Source of the DNA: Atractiella rhizophila
Lineage: Eukaryota
Assembly (NCBI GenBank): GCA_021432655.1
Contig: MU271409.1
Coordinates: 1-54,658 of the forward strand
Length of the DNA: 54,658 nucleotides
Direction of reading: 5' to 3'
The notes below the pieces were generated by a model. It made no database searches. It was given only the letters and a program-made list of their open reading frames with translations, and was not told where the DNA came from. This document shows positions 35,224 to 47,711 of the stretch, piece by piece (within the stretch, counting starts at the first letter, position 1; each line of letters starts with the position of its first letter). The position numbers were made by a program, and so were the translations under genes.

Positions 35224-37359
35224 ATGCGAGTACCTCTGGCTCAAGATCGAGAGTCGATGTCCAAATCGCTGCAAAGTCTGCTTGAACCGTTCTACGACAA
35301 CCAAGCTCCCTCAACTTCTCGAGTAGACCCCAGCGTCCAGACCAAAAAACCGGAGCCAATTGGACTCAGAAACGCGTACCAATACGTCCCCTTTGTGGTC
35401 AACCAAGGTACGCTTTTTCCGTTGGGTCGTTGGGGAAGTATGGATCTTCGTGAGCTGTCATCGACAGGCATGTGAATTCTGTAGAATGGGGAACATAAAT
35501 TGTTTGCGATGCGCGAAAGTATCTAATTCCCCTCCCGTGGATAATCTATCGCTCCACCAGTGGGATCACGTGACCAGGCATTGAATTCCAGAATCTTGCG
35601 CTTTGGCAAACTTTCATCTCCTCCTACAATATTTTTCTCAAGAAAAAGCTTTTGTTCGCATCTACCACATCTTTGTGTGAGACTGACATACTGATCGATA
35701 CCTTTTTTTTCAGCGAAATCGATCGCGACTACCCTTTTCCATCATCAGGTCTACGGACCTCCGAAGAAAAGTTGGGGATTAGAAATGTCTCTGTTCACCA
35801 CATTTTTACGTGCCTCTGCCGCATACTCTCACCTGACGGACATGTCGATGCTTCGCAAATTCATTCATGTGGGAGCTATCCTTCCAGCACCAAAAGACGG
35901 TATCGTCACTCCTGTCTCCTTCAAGGTTTGTCTCCTCTCTATTGTCCAATGAAACCGATACTCAAAAAGTACGGAAGGTCAAGCGGAGGGGACTCAAAGG
36001 TTTCTTGAAGGAGTGGGATGACAAGGAAGATGGCACACGTGAGCTGACAGGAGAATGGGTTATTACGCGTCGGCTGTGGAGGAGTATGCAGGAAGATTAT
36101 AAAGGGAAAGATGTAAATGGGAGGGAGAAGGTCATTTTGTATGTCCACGGTGGTAAGCATCCTTTGCTAGCTCGTTACTCTGCTGAGACATACTTTCTTT
36201 AGGCGCTTACTTTTCGATGAATGCTCAAACTCATCGACCTCTCACGATAGCTCTATCCAAGTACACTGATACCCGACTATTCGTCGTCAACTACCGTTTA
36301 TCTCCTGAGTTTCTCTTTCCAGCACCGTTGCACGACATTGTCGCGTCATACTTACGCCTAATACACGACCTGAAGATCCCACCTGAGGACATCATTTTTG
36401 CTGGAGACTCAGCAGGTGGAGGGTATGCCTCCTTTCATATTCATGGATCATTCCATAACTGGGTGTTTAGGCTAGCTCTAGCCACGATGCTATACCTGAA
36501 GGACGAAGGTTACCCATTACCCCTTGGCGCGATGCTGATGAGTCCATGGGTCGACCTAACGATGAGTTCGGATAGCTGGGAGAAAAACGCGCCATGGGAT
36601 TACATTCCTCAAGTCATGCAAGATGATCACCTTCATCCGGTCAAGCTCTACCTCGGCGCAAACATCGAAAAATATCTCACGCATCCTTATGCATCACCCA
36701 TCTTTGGCGACTTCAAAGGTCTCCCTCCTCTCCTCATTCAGGCCGGCGACGCCGAGGTCCTTCGAGATGAGGCTACGCTTATCGCCCATAAAGCTTCACT
36801 AGCCGGCGTCCCCGTCGTTCATGAGATATATGAGGACGCGGTACATGTGTTTCAAGCTTTTCTCTTCCTCGAGGCTTCGAAGAAAGCGCTTCGGAGCATG
36901 AGGGAATTCGTTCATCATCTCAAACGTCGGAAACCGTCTGAACCTTCGTCTCAGCTAAACAAGCAGAAAGTTGATGAGGAGATCTTTCTGGATGCCCATC
37001 GGATTCAGGAGGACGGGAAAGCTAGCGGCAGGCGACTGGTTCCTCGTTCTTCCTCATCGACAACCCTCAAAGATCAACGCCAACCTCCGCTAACGTCTCT
37101 TTCGGATGAGGAAGACAATACAGATTCAGATGACGAGGTAGATTCTTCGGAGGAGGGAGAAGTGGAAGGTCGAAGGCTAGAGCCTGCGGATAGCGGAGAA
37201 AGTTCTTTTTGGATGCGAAGTCCAATTCAACCTTTGACAGCCTCCATGCCTTCCCGAGAAACAGGCGACACAACACACCACGCTCCACAGCCCGGCTCGA
37301 GATCCCCAAAACATCCAGACGATGTTCTCCTTCAACAACCTGGGTTTGGTTTCTTCTAA
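35224..37359 (+). CDS. Hormone-sensitive-lipase family alpha/beta-hydrolase (esterase/lipase), multi-exon, 3' end uncertain
   Basis: GPPKKSWGLE, KVILYVHGGAY, NYRLSPE..FPAPLHD, GDSAGG, SPWVDLT, LPPLLIQAGDAEVLRDE and HVFQ. Confidence 0.88.
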
Positions 37360-38177
37360 CCTTACAGTATTTCAGCGCCACGATCTTCGATCTGTTCAGT
37401 TCCCCTCTTCGCAAGCGTTCAATCTGCATCTTTTTGTGTCATCGTTCTGTTGAGTGCATGTGCAATTTTTCCCTCCAACTTGTTTCAACCTGTCCGAATG
37501 CTCAAGGGCTTCAGTACTTTCTGTCTTCCGGTTGTTACAACGCGAGTGCCGGGCTTTTGAACCCCTCTTGCAATAATATCTTGGTTTCTGACTCCACTTG
37601 TTGGCAACGAACAATAGAGAGACAGCGCGGGACCTGGCAAGAGACTACAAGGACAGGTAAGGATCATGATCGTGCGCTTGACACTTTGTTAGCTATTGAG
37701 AAACCAACAGACACCAAGTCGGGACCTTGATTTGTCTGGAAGCGGACCGAGTTCCTAAGCGCCCAGAGCTCCACATTACGACGAAAGTGCTCTTTACATT
37801 ATCGCAGCAGTATCCAGCAGAGCTGAAAACAAACTCAAGGCGCAATCAAGTCAAGCCCGAACCCGGTAACGTTTGTGTGTGTTGATCGAGACGAGGAGGA
37901 CGAGTAAGTCTCCGTGTCGTACACAATCCATTGGTCTGGACAGACTCTCCCAGCTGGTCTGCCTACCATTTCTACCTTGTCTACCTCTTATACCTCGACG
38001 TTCCTTTCTAACTCACCCCGTAATGCTTTCCAGCTCCGTCGTCGCGACATTGAGTTTGCGGAACACGTTCAACGACCCACTTTCTCGCATTGCTTGCCGA
38101 CATGGCAGAACCGATGCATCAAGATGTTGAAGGCCAGGAGAAGCGTGAGCTGCCTGTTCACTCATTTGGAGTAGCTC

Positions 38178-41100
38178 ATGACGAGAGAGGCAGCCCCGTT
38201 GATGAGGAAGTCTTGCAAGTTTTGCAGATCCAGAAAGTGAGCATTTTCTACTCTGTTGAGACTGGGAAGTGAGATCAATGTCAGAATTCGATGTTCTGGG
38301 GAACAAGGCGGATGCGCTGCTTGTGTAGGCAGAAAGCAGGAATGCGTTTACGAAGCTGCAGCTCCAATGGGACGCCCCAGAAAGTGTGAGCCTGCCCAAC
38401 TAACTTGTCGGATTTCTTTGAGATAAATTGCACAGATCCGCGAGATGAGAAGGGTCAGTCTCGTCCATCAGCACCACCAAAAAAGCCTTCTCTGCTTGCT
38501 CGTAGAGTTACCTCCGGCTTGGACCTACGAGGTATGCATATCCCCTCACATATTCATTTACTAACGGTGGGAACTTGCAGCACTTTCTAAGAACCCGGAT
38601 ATCATACCATTACCTACATCTCCTCCACTACCGATTTCTATTGAAGATTTAGAGCGGGGAATGTCGAAACTTCGACTGGAAAAAGCGCTGGACGACACAT
38701 TCAACTCCTTCGAACACGAACGAATTGGTGTGCTCGTCAAAGCACAATTCTACCTCGTTTCTCCAGATGCTTTACCTATAAATCTCCCAAAATACCGTGC
38801 CCATCGGTCAACACGCTTTCTCTACGAAGTAGCCCTTAGGGCTCGTACCGCCAAACGGGCTACAACGAAGGTCACAATGGACTTTCCCTCACGCCTACGC
38901 CTTCTTTGGAATCTCGGAGTTGATCTTGTCTCATGGTTCACTTGGGGATGCTCTTCCAAATGCGATCCAGCATACAACGAACCCGCATACCTTCGTTGGC
39001 TCCAGAACGACAATGTGACTCCTTTTCCTGACATAGAGCAGGAACCAGTCCAAGACCCACTGAAGCTGTTCTCTAAAGAGAGGATTATTGAGCTTTTAAC
39101 TAAGTGAGCAAATCGTCTTCACACGTTATAATGGGTAACATCTCCCTTCGGAACAGATGGTTCATTTGGAATCCGTCTAGCTTCTATTGTAATGATGCAG
39201 AAATCTTGCGACAAGTCAACGACGACACGATCGATCCTGCTCTCCTCTGTGCCATTCTAGGGTCTGTTTTGGATTTTGCGCCATCTGGAAGTGACGGAAC
39301 GAAAGCACCGTCCCCTCCATCAAACGCGGCTTCCCCCATCATCGATTTTCCAGATCGACCTTCGCCTCTGGGCAGCAAATTCTTTGCGCACGCTCAACGC
39401 CTGCTCTTCCATAGAACTTCAAGGACTGGAGCGCTCAAACTATCCACCCTTCAAGCGATGATAATCTGGTGTATCCGCGAAGTCGCCTTCCTGGAAGGAC
39501 GAAGAGCGTGGGCATTGAACTCAAGCACTAGAGTATTGGGCAGAGAAGCGCTGAAACAGTGCATGGCAAGGAAAGCGATAGGTTTGAATTGGGGAGAGAA
39601 GGATGAGTTGGAAATGGAGATGATCATCAACATCTGTTGGGTCAACGCAAGCTGGGGTTCCTGGACTTTCCTCGCGCTTGGAATGCCAAAGGCGACAATG
39701 CTCGAAGTAACCGCTGGACTACCACTGCCTCCCTCTGATCACATAAAATCCGCATCCTATCAATATCGATTGAAGCACGCCCATCTTCCTTTAGACGAAA
39801 AGAAGCTACAAGAAGCTATCCAGCGATTTTCCGAGCGGGCACGAACCATAAGCCTCATTTTCACTTTGGAAACGAAGGGATCGAGACCACCGCCATCATC
39901 CGGACCCCTTGATCAAGCAACATTTGACGTGCACGTTGCAAAGTGGTTGGTTGACTCAGCGACGTCTCTGTTTAGGGACTTTTTGGTGCCGAGCTCAGAA
40001 GAAGACAACCTCTCCAAGAGTCCTTATCTCTGTTGCATCCACTGCATCATGGCCCTCCATCGACTTCACCCCTTCACCATTCAACAGCGTCAATCCCTTC
40101 CTCCTCAGACGTACAGCCTGTGTATTCGCGCATTGGATCTCCTGTTTCGTTCCTCGACCCCGCTGCTGAGTCTCCACCTGAAAGAAACGCGCTCACCAAC
40201 AATCGAAGACCGAAATACATTGGTAGGAATCGTTCGCCTCGTTGCGGATGCCCTCCCTGCCTGCTACGCCATTATGCGAGATTTGGTCAGTGACGCCCAA
40301 CCTGGTACGAATGTCTTTTCCCTTCTGATATCTGAGGAGTCGAAGATATCTGGAATCCTTCGCAATATGAATGTGTGCTATCGGGCTGGCATGGACATAG
40401 AGCCGCCTGAGAGGGGGCTTGATAAAGTGGCGGGGTTGTCAACGTCTATTGAACTCCTTCGCGCCACGCCTGCGGAGCCTCTAGGACCAGAGTCGTCCCC
40501 AGAAAGCGATCACTCTGCGCAGCTTTCTTACCGAAACGCGTCCACCACATCCCTCAACACTTTCAACAACCCTAGTCTCGTCAGCAGTTGGACTTCGATG
40601 GCTTCTTATCCAGATGGAACAGGGCTTCCCGGTTTGCCTCAAAGCAGCCTTCCACCTATTAGCATCCCGAAACTTCCATCCATCGACACGCTCACAAATC
40701 CACCTCCACCATCAACTTCGATAATTAGTTCTACCGTTAGAGATCCAACCCTTTTCGTTGCCTCTCCTTACGAGTATCAAAACCCAACTTTCAGCGGAGG
40801 GCAGATTCAGCCTCCTCAATACCCATATGCAGCTGCAGCACCTCCTGCGGTAACCGGATATCAAGATGACGCACATCAGTTTTTACCAGAAACGGCAATC
40901 GAACAATACCCCATTGTTCCACTTGGAGCCACAACAATGGGATTACCCAGATTCCCTCCCACGGTCATGGGACATGGTCCTCCCACAGCGGACTCATACT
41001 TCCCTCACCGCGCGACCATCGACTTTGCAAGACAAAATGCTCCATCATTTTCATCATTTCCTCTTCCTGAATCTGGCCATCATTCGAGGGTTGACACTCT

Positions 41101-41428
41101 CCCCTCCCACTACCGCATGAGCGTACCAGTTGATCCAGCGTCGCATGTGCAAGATTGGAGCGACCCAAACAATTTTGGGCTTTACGCTTCGTTTGGGCAG
41201 GAGCAGTATAATCCTTCTTCGCAGCAAGGCCTTGGAGTGTCCGCTTCAGAACTCTTGAACGGACTGCAAGAACTCTTGCCTGATTTTCCGACTCAGCCGA
41301 CCTTGTCCACACTCCAAAATCTCCCGACTCACGTCACCCAGCCACCTTTTGCCCAATCATCCCGATCCCAACCTTCAAGCTCAGGACTTGAAAGAAGGGC
41401 CAGTCATCCTCATCTTCGCCAACTTTGA
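38178..41428 (+). CDS. Zn(II)2Cys6 fungal transcription factor, multi-exon
   Basis: Spliced N-terminus MTREAAPLMRKSCKFCRSRKIRCSGEQGGCAACVGRKQECVY...GRPRK has the canonical six-Cys spacing. A middle region (LSTLQAMII) and a Pro/Ser/Gln-rich tail follow. Confidence 0.9.
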
Positions 41429-42029
41429 TTCATTCGTCAAGTCTTTCAATCCCCTTATTTTACGCATTCCGTGATAAGTGATAGTGTTGTGACATTATCG
41501 GTATACGTGCTTGGGTGTGGAAGCGCATGTGTGTTCTTTGGCTTGGCTTAGCTTTGTTTGATCTCTACGAATGTCCTTCAAATGTTATCCCCGTCCCCAC
41601 TGTCATTGATGGCGCTTGACAAGTGAGTGCATCGACTATTAAGTGGAACTTAGAGAATGAATAAGCATTTGATATCGAGTAAGTTGATATATGGACAATG
41701 GATGCGAACGACATGTTTATGCACATGCGTCTGTCAGGTATTATACCTCACAGAGTGAGACGGTGGTTGTTCGAAATATAGTTCTACACAGTCCTCCTGT
41801 GAATCTGAACCGATAGCTTAAAGCTAAGCAGCATTCATCCTCCATCAGTAGCAGCATCTCTCCGCTCGGATTCTCAGCTTCTTAGGTAATTATTAACCTT
41901 CATCAACATTTCGCACTGAACCAGTACTGTATGTAGGATGCAGAGATGCTGTCCATTCTTGCACGCGAAACGAAAACAAGAAAAAATCCAATGGTACAGG
42001 GGAAGTCAAAGAAATAGTCCTTCACATCC

Positions 42030-43308
42030 TTATACGAGCATGTAAACCGCCAAAACAGCCAAAAGTCCGCTGCTCCCAACTTTCAGTGCTGAAGCGGCAG
42101 AGTCACTGCCTCCTTGGCTTGCAGCTGGTGTACTGGTGCCCTGAGAAGAACCAGTTGACCCTGTGGTCGTGCCAGTCTTCGTTGAGGTAGTACTCTTGGT
42201 CGTTGAGTGACTTCCAGTGGTAGTTGCTGCAGCTCCCGTCGGCAGAGCGCCAGTTGCAGAGTCAGAGATAGTGTTGGACGGGATGGCCACATTATCATAA
42301 GTCGACTTGAAGAACATTCCTCCAGCGGGAGAACCGAGGTTATTTTCGCTGACGAAATCAGTCAAAGAAAACTTCAGACGGGCTGATCCAGATTCGGGAA
42401 CCGCAGGAAGATTCTGAAGTGAAGAAGGAAGAACGAAATCTGCTGGTTGGGTGTAGAGGAGGCTGACATAGCGATGAGTACCTGAACCTTCAGGAGGGGC
42501 AGGACCAGCATAAGGAGCAGCTGAGCATGCACGACTGTCAGCTTATTGTGGGGTAAGGGAAGAGGAAAGAGGCAGGGGAGCGGACCAGCTTTTACTTTAC
42601 TCTCTAACGCGTTATTGTCTCCCACTGTCAAATCTGTTTGAAGCCAATGAAGGACATCTGCGTTTTCACCAGCGTCGTGATCGATCATGACGAGGAGGTA
42701 TTTAGGACCTGATTTCGTGTTGGGAACAGCGCTGAACGAGACTGCGGGCGTGCTCGCAACTCGGGAAGGAGAGAGTTGTTGAGCTTAGTTCGAGATCAGT
42801 TTAGAAGCCGAGAAATCTAGAAGAGCTTACCCCCTCCTACGTCTACATTCCCGTACACAGTATGCAACTCTCCGACTGGCAAAAAGGAGGGAATAACCTA
42901 TCCACGAAGAATGTCAACATCGATACCAAAGGAAACGTGCAAAGGGTTGTGAAGTGCAACTAATGAACCTTTTAGTATTTTGCACGCTGTAATTGATGAC
43001 GTGCTTTTAGAATAATTGGTTCTTTAGGTCCGTGTTCCCGCTCTATCGTGAAGCATGATATTTTCGCCAGAGCAGGTACGGGAGAACAATCACAAAGAAG
43101 GCAGGGCCTTCATGCACTCTCTGATCCTTTTTCCAAGAAGTAAGGCAAAACTCACATCTGGAACGACAGTGCTTCCTCCAAAAGCTGCACGAATCGCGCA
43201 AATGCTTGCAGGTGTCAGTGGATTCGTGGCATCACAAGCAGGGTCCTGCGCTCGCACACGCCAGGCCAAAGCCGCAACAGTCAGAAAGGTGAGGGTGTTG
43301 GAGAACAT
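42030..43308 (-). CDS. Secreted, probably GPI-anchored PEBP-family protein, multi-exon
   Basis: Signal peptide, YLLVMIDHDA..VLHWLQ, YAGPAPPEGSGTHRYVSLLY, a Ser/Thr-rich linker and a hydrophobic C-terminus (SAASAL...LLAVLAVYMLV). Confidence 0.87.
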
Positions 43309-43898
43309 GGCAGTTATTTCGACGGATGGTCAAGTCGGTAACGAGTGCGAATAAATGAACGGGCTGTCATGTATATGTAAGACGCTGGTGCACAGACTCA
43401 GACTGCACTTACAAATTTAAGACTGCTTCCTCCTGGCCAGTGAGCGAATCTTCAGGGGACGTCGTGAACAAAGAGGGAGCCGAGTGATTTTATACTGTTT
43501 GTAAGGTTCGACAACTCGGCTTCCATTTATCTGCCTCGATCAATCCTGCTGCGGACCATAATTCGGGTTCTCGATCATTACTGATTTTTTTCAACACATT
43601 TCTCTGCATTTCCCATCTTAAAAGCACTCACTGGTTCCTTTGATCCTTTCACAGCGTAAATTAATACATGAAGTTTCAAATTTAATGTGGAAATATATGC
43701 TCCTCTGACTCGCTTTTCGAGGCGAGCTCGTTCTTCACGACACATAACGGATTGATTTCTATTCAAGGTACAGAATGATGCGTTGAAGTATCTACGAATG
43801 ACATGCATGCAAGGGGGAGAGGGAGATGCGAACGACTGGCTTGTTGAAAGCGCACACTTTTTCGGTACGAAATCTGAGCAAACATCTTCAAAAACGAT

Positions 43899-45587
43899 CT
43901 AAACCAACATTCTCGTTTTGACGTTTGAAGGGGCTTGAGAAATAGCGTCAAAGATCTCTTTGATCATTTTCCAGTTTTCTTCTTCCTCCTTCCCTCCCGC
44001 CGTCAACTCGATATCTGCCATCAGATACGCGATGTCTCCTCTCGAATCTGAGAACTGTTTCTCAACGTTGTACTCTCCCAGGATAGCATTCACGCGCTTC
44101 AGTACTCCGGGTTGATTCAAGTGGATGTGACAGAGACGAGCGATGTTGTCCTTCAGGATGGGACGAAGAGAGACCTCCGGGAAATTGACTGCGCCAATCG
44201 TTGAACCAAAATTGAGATATCGAACGATCGCAGAACCGACTTCAGTGCCGATCATTCGTTGTGCTTCTTCCGTCGAACCGCCAATGTGAGGGGTGAGAAT
44301 GATGTTGGGGATGGAAGCGAGATCGGAGTGCCAGGCATTCAAAGAGCTGTTAAAATTGGGACCGTTCCCTGCTGGTTCGCGAGGAAAAACATCAAGGGCA
44401 GCACCGGCTAGATGACCACTTTTCAAAGCTTCGACAAGATCTTCGATCTTCACAACTGAGCCACGAGCGTTATTGATGAGGTAGCTGCCATTCTTCATCT
44501 TCTTCAACTGAGCAGCACCAATCATCCCTTTAGTCTCCGGAAGTTCTGGAACGTGAAGCGTGACGAAGTCGGATGATTGCAGCAGATCGTCCAGCGTTGG
44601 AACTTGCTTCGCAGATCCCAAGGGCATTATTGGAATCACGTCGTAGTAGATGACCGTTAAGCCCATCGATTCTGCAAGGACAGATAGCTGAGATCCAATG
44701 TGCCCATAGCCTACGATTCCGAGAGTCTTTCCTCGTACCTCCCAGCAACCTTTGCTGACCTACTTCCGTATTCAACTAAAAAGAAAGACTGAAAGGAGGA
44801 ATGACAGACCTTGTTCCAAATACCTTTACGCATTTCTTCGCTCCTATCGCAGAGCTGTCGACTGAGTGCGATGACTTCAGAGATGACAAGTTCCGCAACG
44901 GATCTCGAGTTCGAAAATGGGGAGTTGAAGACTGCAATGCCAGCCTTTGCACAAGCCAAGAGATCGACTTGATTTGTGCCGATGCAAAAGCAGCCAACAA
45001 TCAAAAGCTTCCCAAGCGAGGCAAATTTCTCCGTCACTTCCCTGTTGAAAGGACGAAGAGGTACGCACATGGTCTTTAGTTTCCTCGACCACACGAGCTG
45101 TGACCTTGGTTTTGCTCCTGATACCCAATCCTGAGTATCTCCCTTCTTTCAACTTCGCGATCAGCTCCTCCTCTCCCAAGCTTCCCTTCATCTCAACCAC
45201 ATCATAATCCGCATCCTTCTCAGTGAGAATATTGACGGCGGTTTGGTTGACGTTCTCTAGCAACAAAATCCTAGGCCTTCGTTTCGATTTTGTAGGGGTT
45301 CCTGGCACTGTGCGTGTGGGCGAAGGGTAGCGAGAAGAGGAAAATTGTTTCAAGGTTCTGAAAGTGGCAATTCCAGCGCCGGGAGGAGAGCCAGAGGAGA
45401 ATGATTGAGCAAGGGGATGTCTACTATCTGGAGGCGAATAAGAGACAGAAGGATGGAACGTGTCTTGTCCATGATTGGCATATTGGGCTGGGGAAGAATT
45501 CCTAGAAATTGCTATGGGCGTTGTTGTTGGTTCGTTAGAAGACACTGAATTTTGAGACAGTTGTCTCGTTAGCAAGCTGGGTGCCAT
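43899..45587 (-). CDS. SER3: D-3-phosphoglycerate dehydrogenase
   Basis: ILLLENVN, GIRSKT, GCFCIGTNQVDL, NSPFSNSRSVAE, GYGHIGSQL, NNARG, LTPHIGGSTEEAQ and a C-terminal ACT domain. Confidence 0.95.
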
Positions 45588-46712
45588 GAGGATTATGTGC
45601 TCACTCTTGCGTTTCAGCGACAGCTACTTATATTCTGTTAGCAACCTCTTTTGTTGGTGGTTTTTGTTGAGTGATTCAGCGAGACTCGCGCTTTGCTGAA
45701 AGCTGATGGAATTCCCATTGCGCCACGCTCAAAAAATGGTGCACGTGCTATTACTTATCTGATGTCACTTCCCTATTACGAAAGCAAGCGTTCACGAGGA
45801 AGAAAGACTCCATTCACGCACACACTTCACCAACGTCTGCCGCAGAACGAAGCATTTCAAAGGCTTGGGATACAAAACGGCGCCAGATGCTAGTTAGTCT
45901 GAGAAGGATACTCCAGTGTCAAGCACACACCATCGAATGACGGTTGACGATGGCGACAGTGATTTACCTGTTCCGCGATGAATAGCGCCTGTTATGTTGG
46001 AGTACGCACAAACCACTTTAGACGCAATTCCGTGAAGCTGCTGACAGTTGTGACGTGGAGTAAAACAGGGTAAACACTGGTCAGAGACTCGTTCAAAACT
46101 AACTTCTAACTATTGGGTCTTCAGTAAGAATTAAGCGGTGACCATTGGGGAACCTCTGAGTGTGCACTCTTTTGTGCGGTTACTTGTTGCTGCTGTTGCT
46201 TCAAACTGTCTCTAATGTGAAAGCGAAAGAATTAGGCGGCTCCACTTGTCTGAAACGAGTAAAGCCAGTGAATGATGGGACCGAGCGAGATTTCAATGTT
46301 TTCCCTCCGCGCCATTTATTTTGCAGACTATCACTGGGTATGCTAATGTACCCCAACCAATCTCCTTCATTTTCCATTGCTGGGTGGCGTTTTAGTTTAC
46401 ACGCTGGAATCAGAGTGTGTTTTGGAAAAGGACCTGAACGTTCCCATCCGTTCGCGAGGGTAAAGTGATGTGGAGCTAAGGTCTGTTTCGCGCTTATAAT
46501 AAAAGGCAGGGGCTTTCTCAGAAAATATACAAAGCGATCAATTTCTGGTAGAGGTGACGCTTCTCTTCATCATTGAACATCAGGTTTGCTAATATGCACT
46601 GTCATTCAGACCCGAAAGAAACCTCAAATACGGCGTGAACATCACGACATCGGCTTCATACAAAGGTAAAGTCTTTTCTTGTTATAAGAAGGACGTACTA
46701 AAATGTGGTAAG

Positions 46713-47090
46713 ATGCACTTACCCCTGCTCACTCTTGCCTTTACCTGCCTCTCCACCTTCGTCATAGCCGACGGAGGACCGTGGGCCGCCTTCTTCTCTG
46801 AAAAAAGTGCCAATTGCGACAACCAGCCTGCCAATGCGGTCGTTGGAGGAGGCTTCAAGCCCAACTGTGATGGAACGTGCCATATTTTCGGCAGCGCGGT
46901 CAACACAGCAATGGTATGGGGACATTTGATAGCTGCTGGTCCCGCAGGAAAGTTCACATCATGCGACGTCTACCCTACGAGAGATTGCACCGGCAACTTC
47001 CAGACTGTGAGGGGCGTGAGCAAGAATCAGTGCGTCTCGCAAGGACTCACTACGTCCTCTTGGTCTGCCCATTGCTATTATGATTGCTAA
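46713..47090 (+). CDS. Small secreted cysteine-rich protein (125 aa), effector- or antimicrobial-like
   Basis: Signal peptide MHLPLLTLAFTCLSTFVIA and 8 Cys in the mature part. A probable 5'UTR intron (gtaaag...actaa...taag, 46666-46712) ends directly before the ATG. Confidence 0.8.
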   Translation: MHLPLLTLAFTCLSTFVIADGGPWAAFFSEKSANCDNQPANAVVGGGFKPNCDGTCHIFGSAVNTAMVWGHLIAAGPAGKFTSCDVYPTRDCTGNFQTVRGVSKNQCVSQGLTTSSWSAHCYYDC

Positions 47091-47711
47091 AAGATTCTTG
47101 TTGTGCTGAATGTAATGCTTGAATTGAAATGAGATTCATCTCGCTCTTTGAGACGTTGGGTTCAGAATACAGAACACATTTGCTAGCTCCTTCAATTTGA
47201 GGCGAAAACGCATTGGGCGCTGTCATTAAAGTGAGGGCAATCCACAGAGCACTTCTTATGGATGAGGATGATTATGAGTCTGTGGTAGCCAAGTAGTGGC
47301 AAGCTCACATCTTGAATGTTGACGTTTCCAACCAAAAAGGTAGAAATCAAACGGTGGGAAGACCGTGCTAAGACTTGTCTTAGTATCGGCTCAACGTTGT
47401 TCGCGAAAAAGAGAGGCCAAACCATGCCAGATTATAAATTGCGATCCTTAACAAGAGAAGACAATAGGAACTCCCCATAATAATACTCCATACTCGGCTA
47501 CATTAGATCTAGGTAATGAAGACACACTACCCAAATCACTTCTCATCATCTAATGCGCGTCTGCCATCCTTAATTTCCCTGCTTTGGTCCAAGTTCCTTC
47601 ATTTTCCCACCAGACACTGCCCCTTTCACTTAGCAAGTCTTGACACTTCTGCAGAAGAACTAGAGCGAGATTACACTGCCAAGTGAGCACTCCGCCAAAC
47701 CCCTCAACACG

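Noticed and set aside
37209..37730. 173-aa ORF overlapping the esterase 3' end
   Set aside because: No splice path or motif links it to the esterase and its composition is unconvincing. The esterase 3' end is left uncertain.
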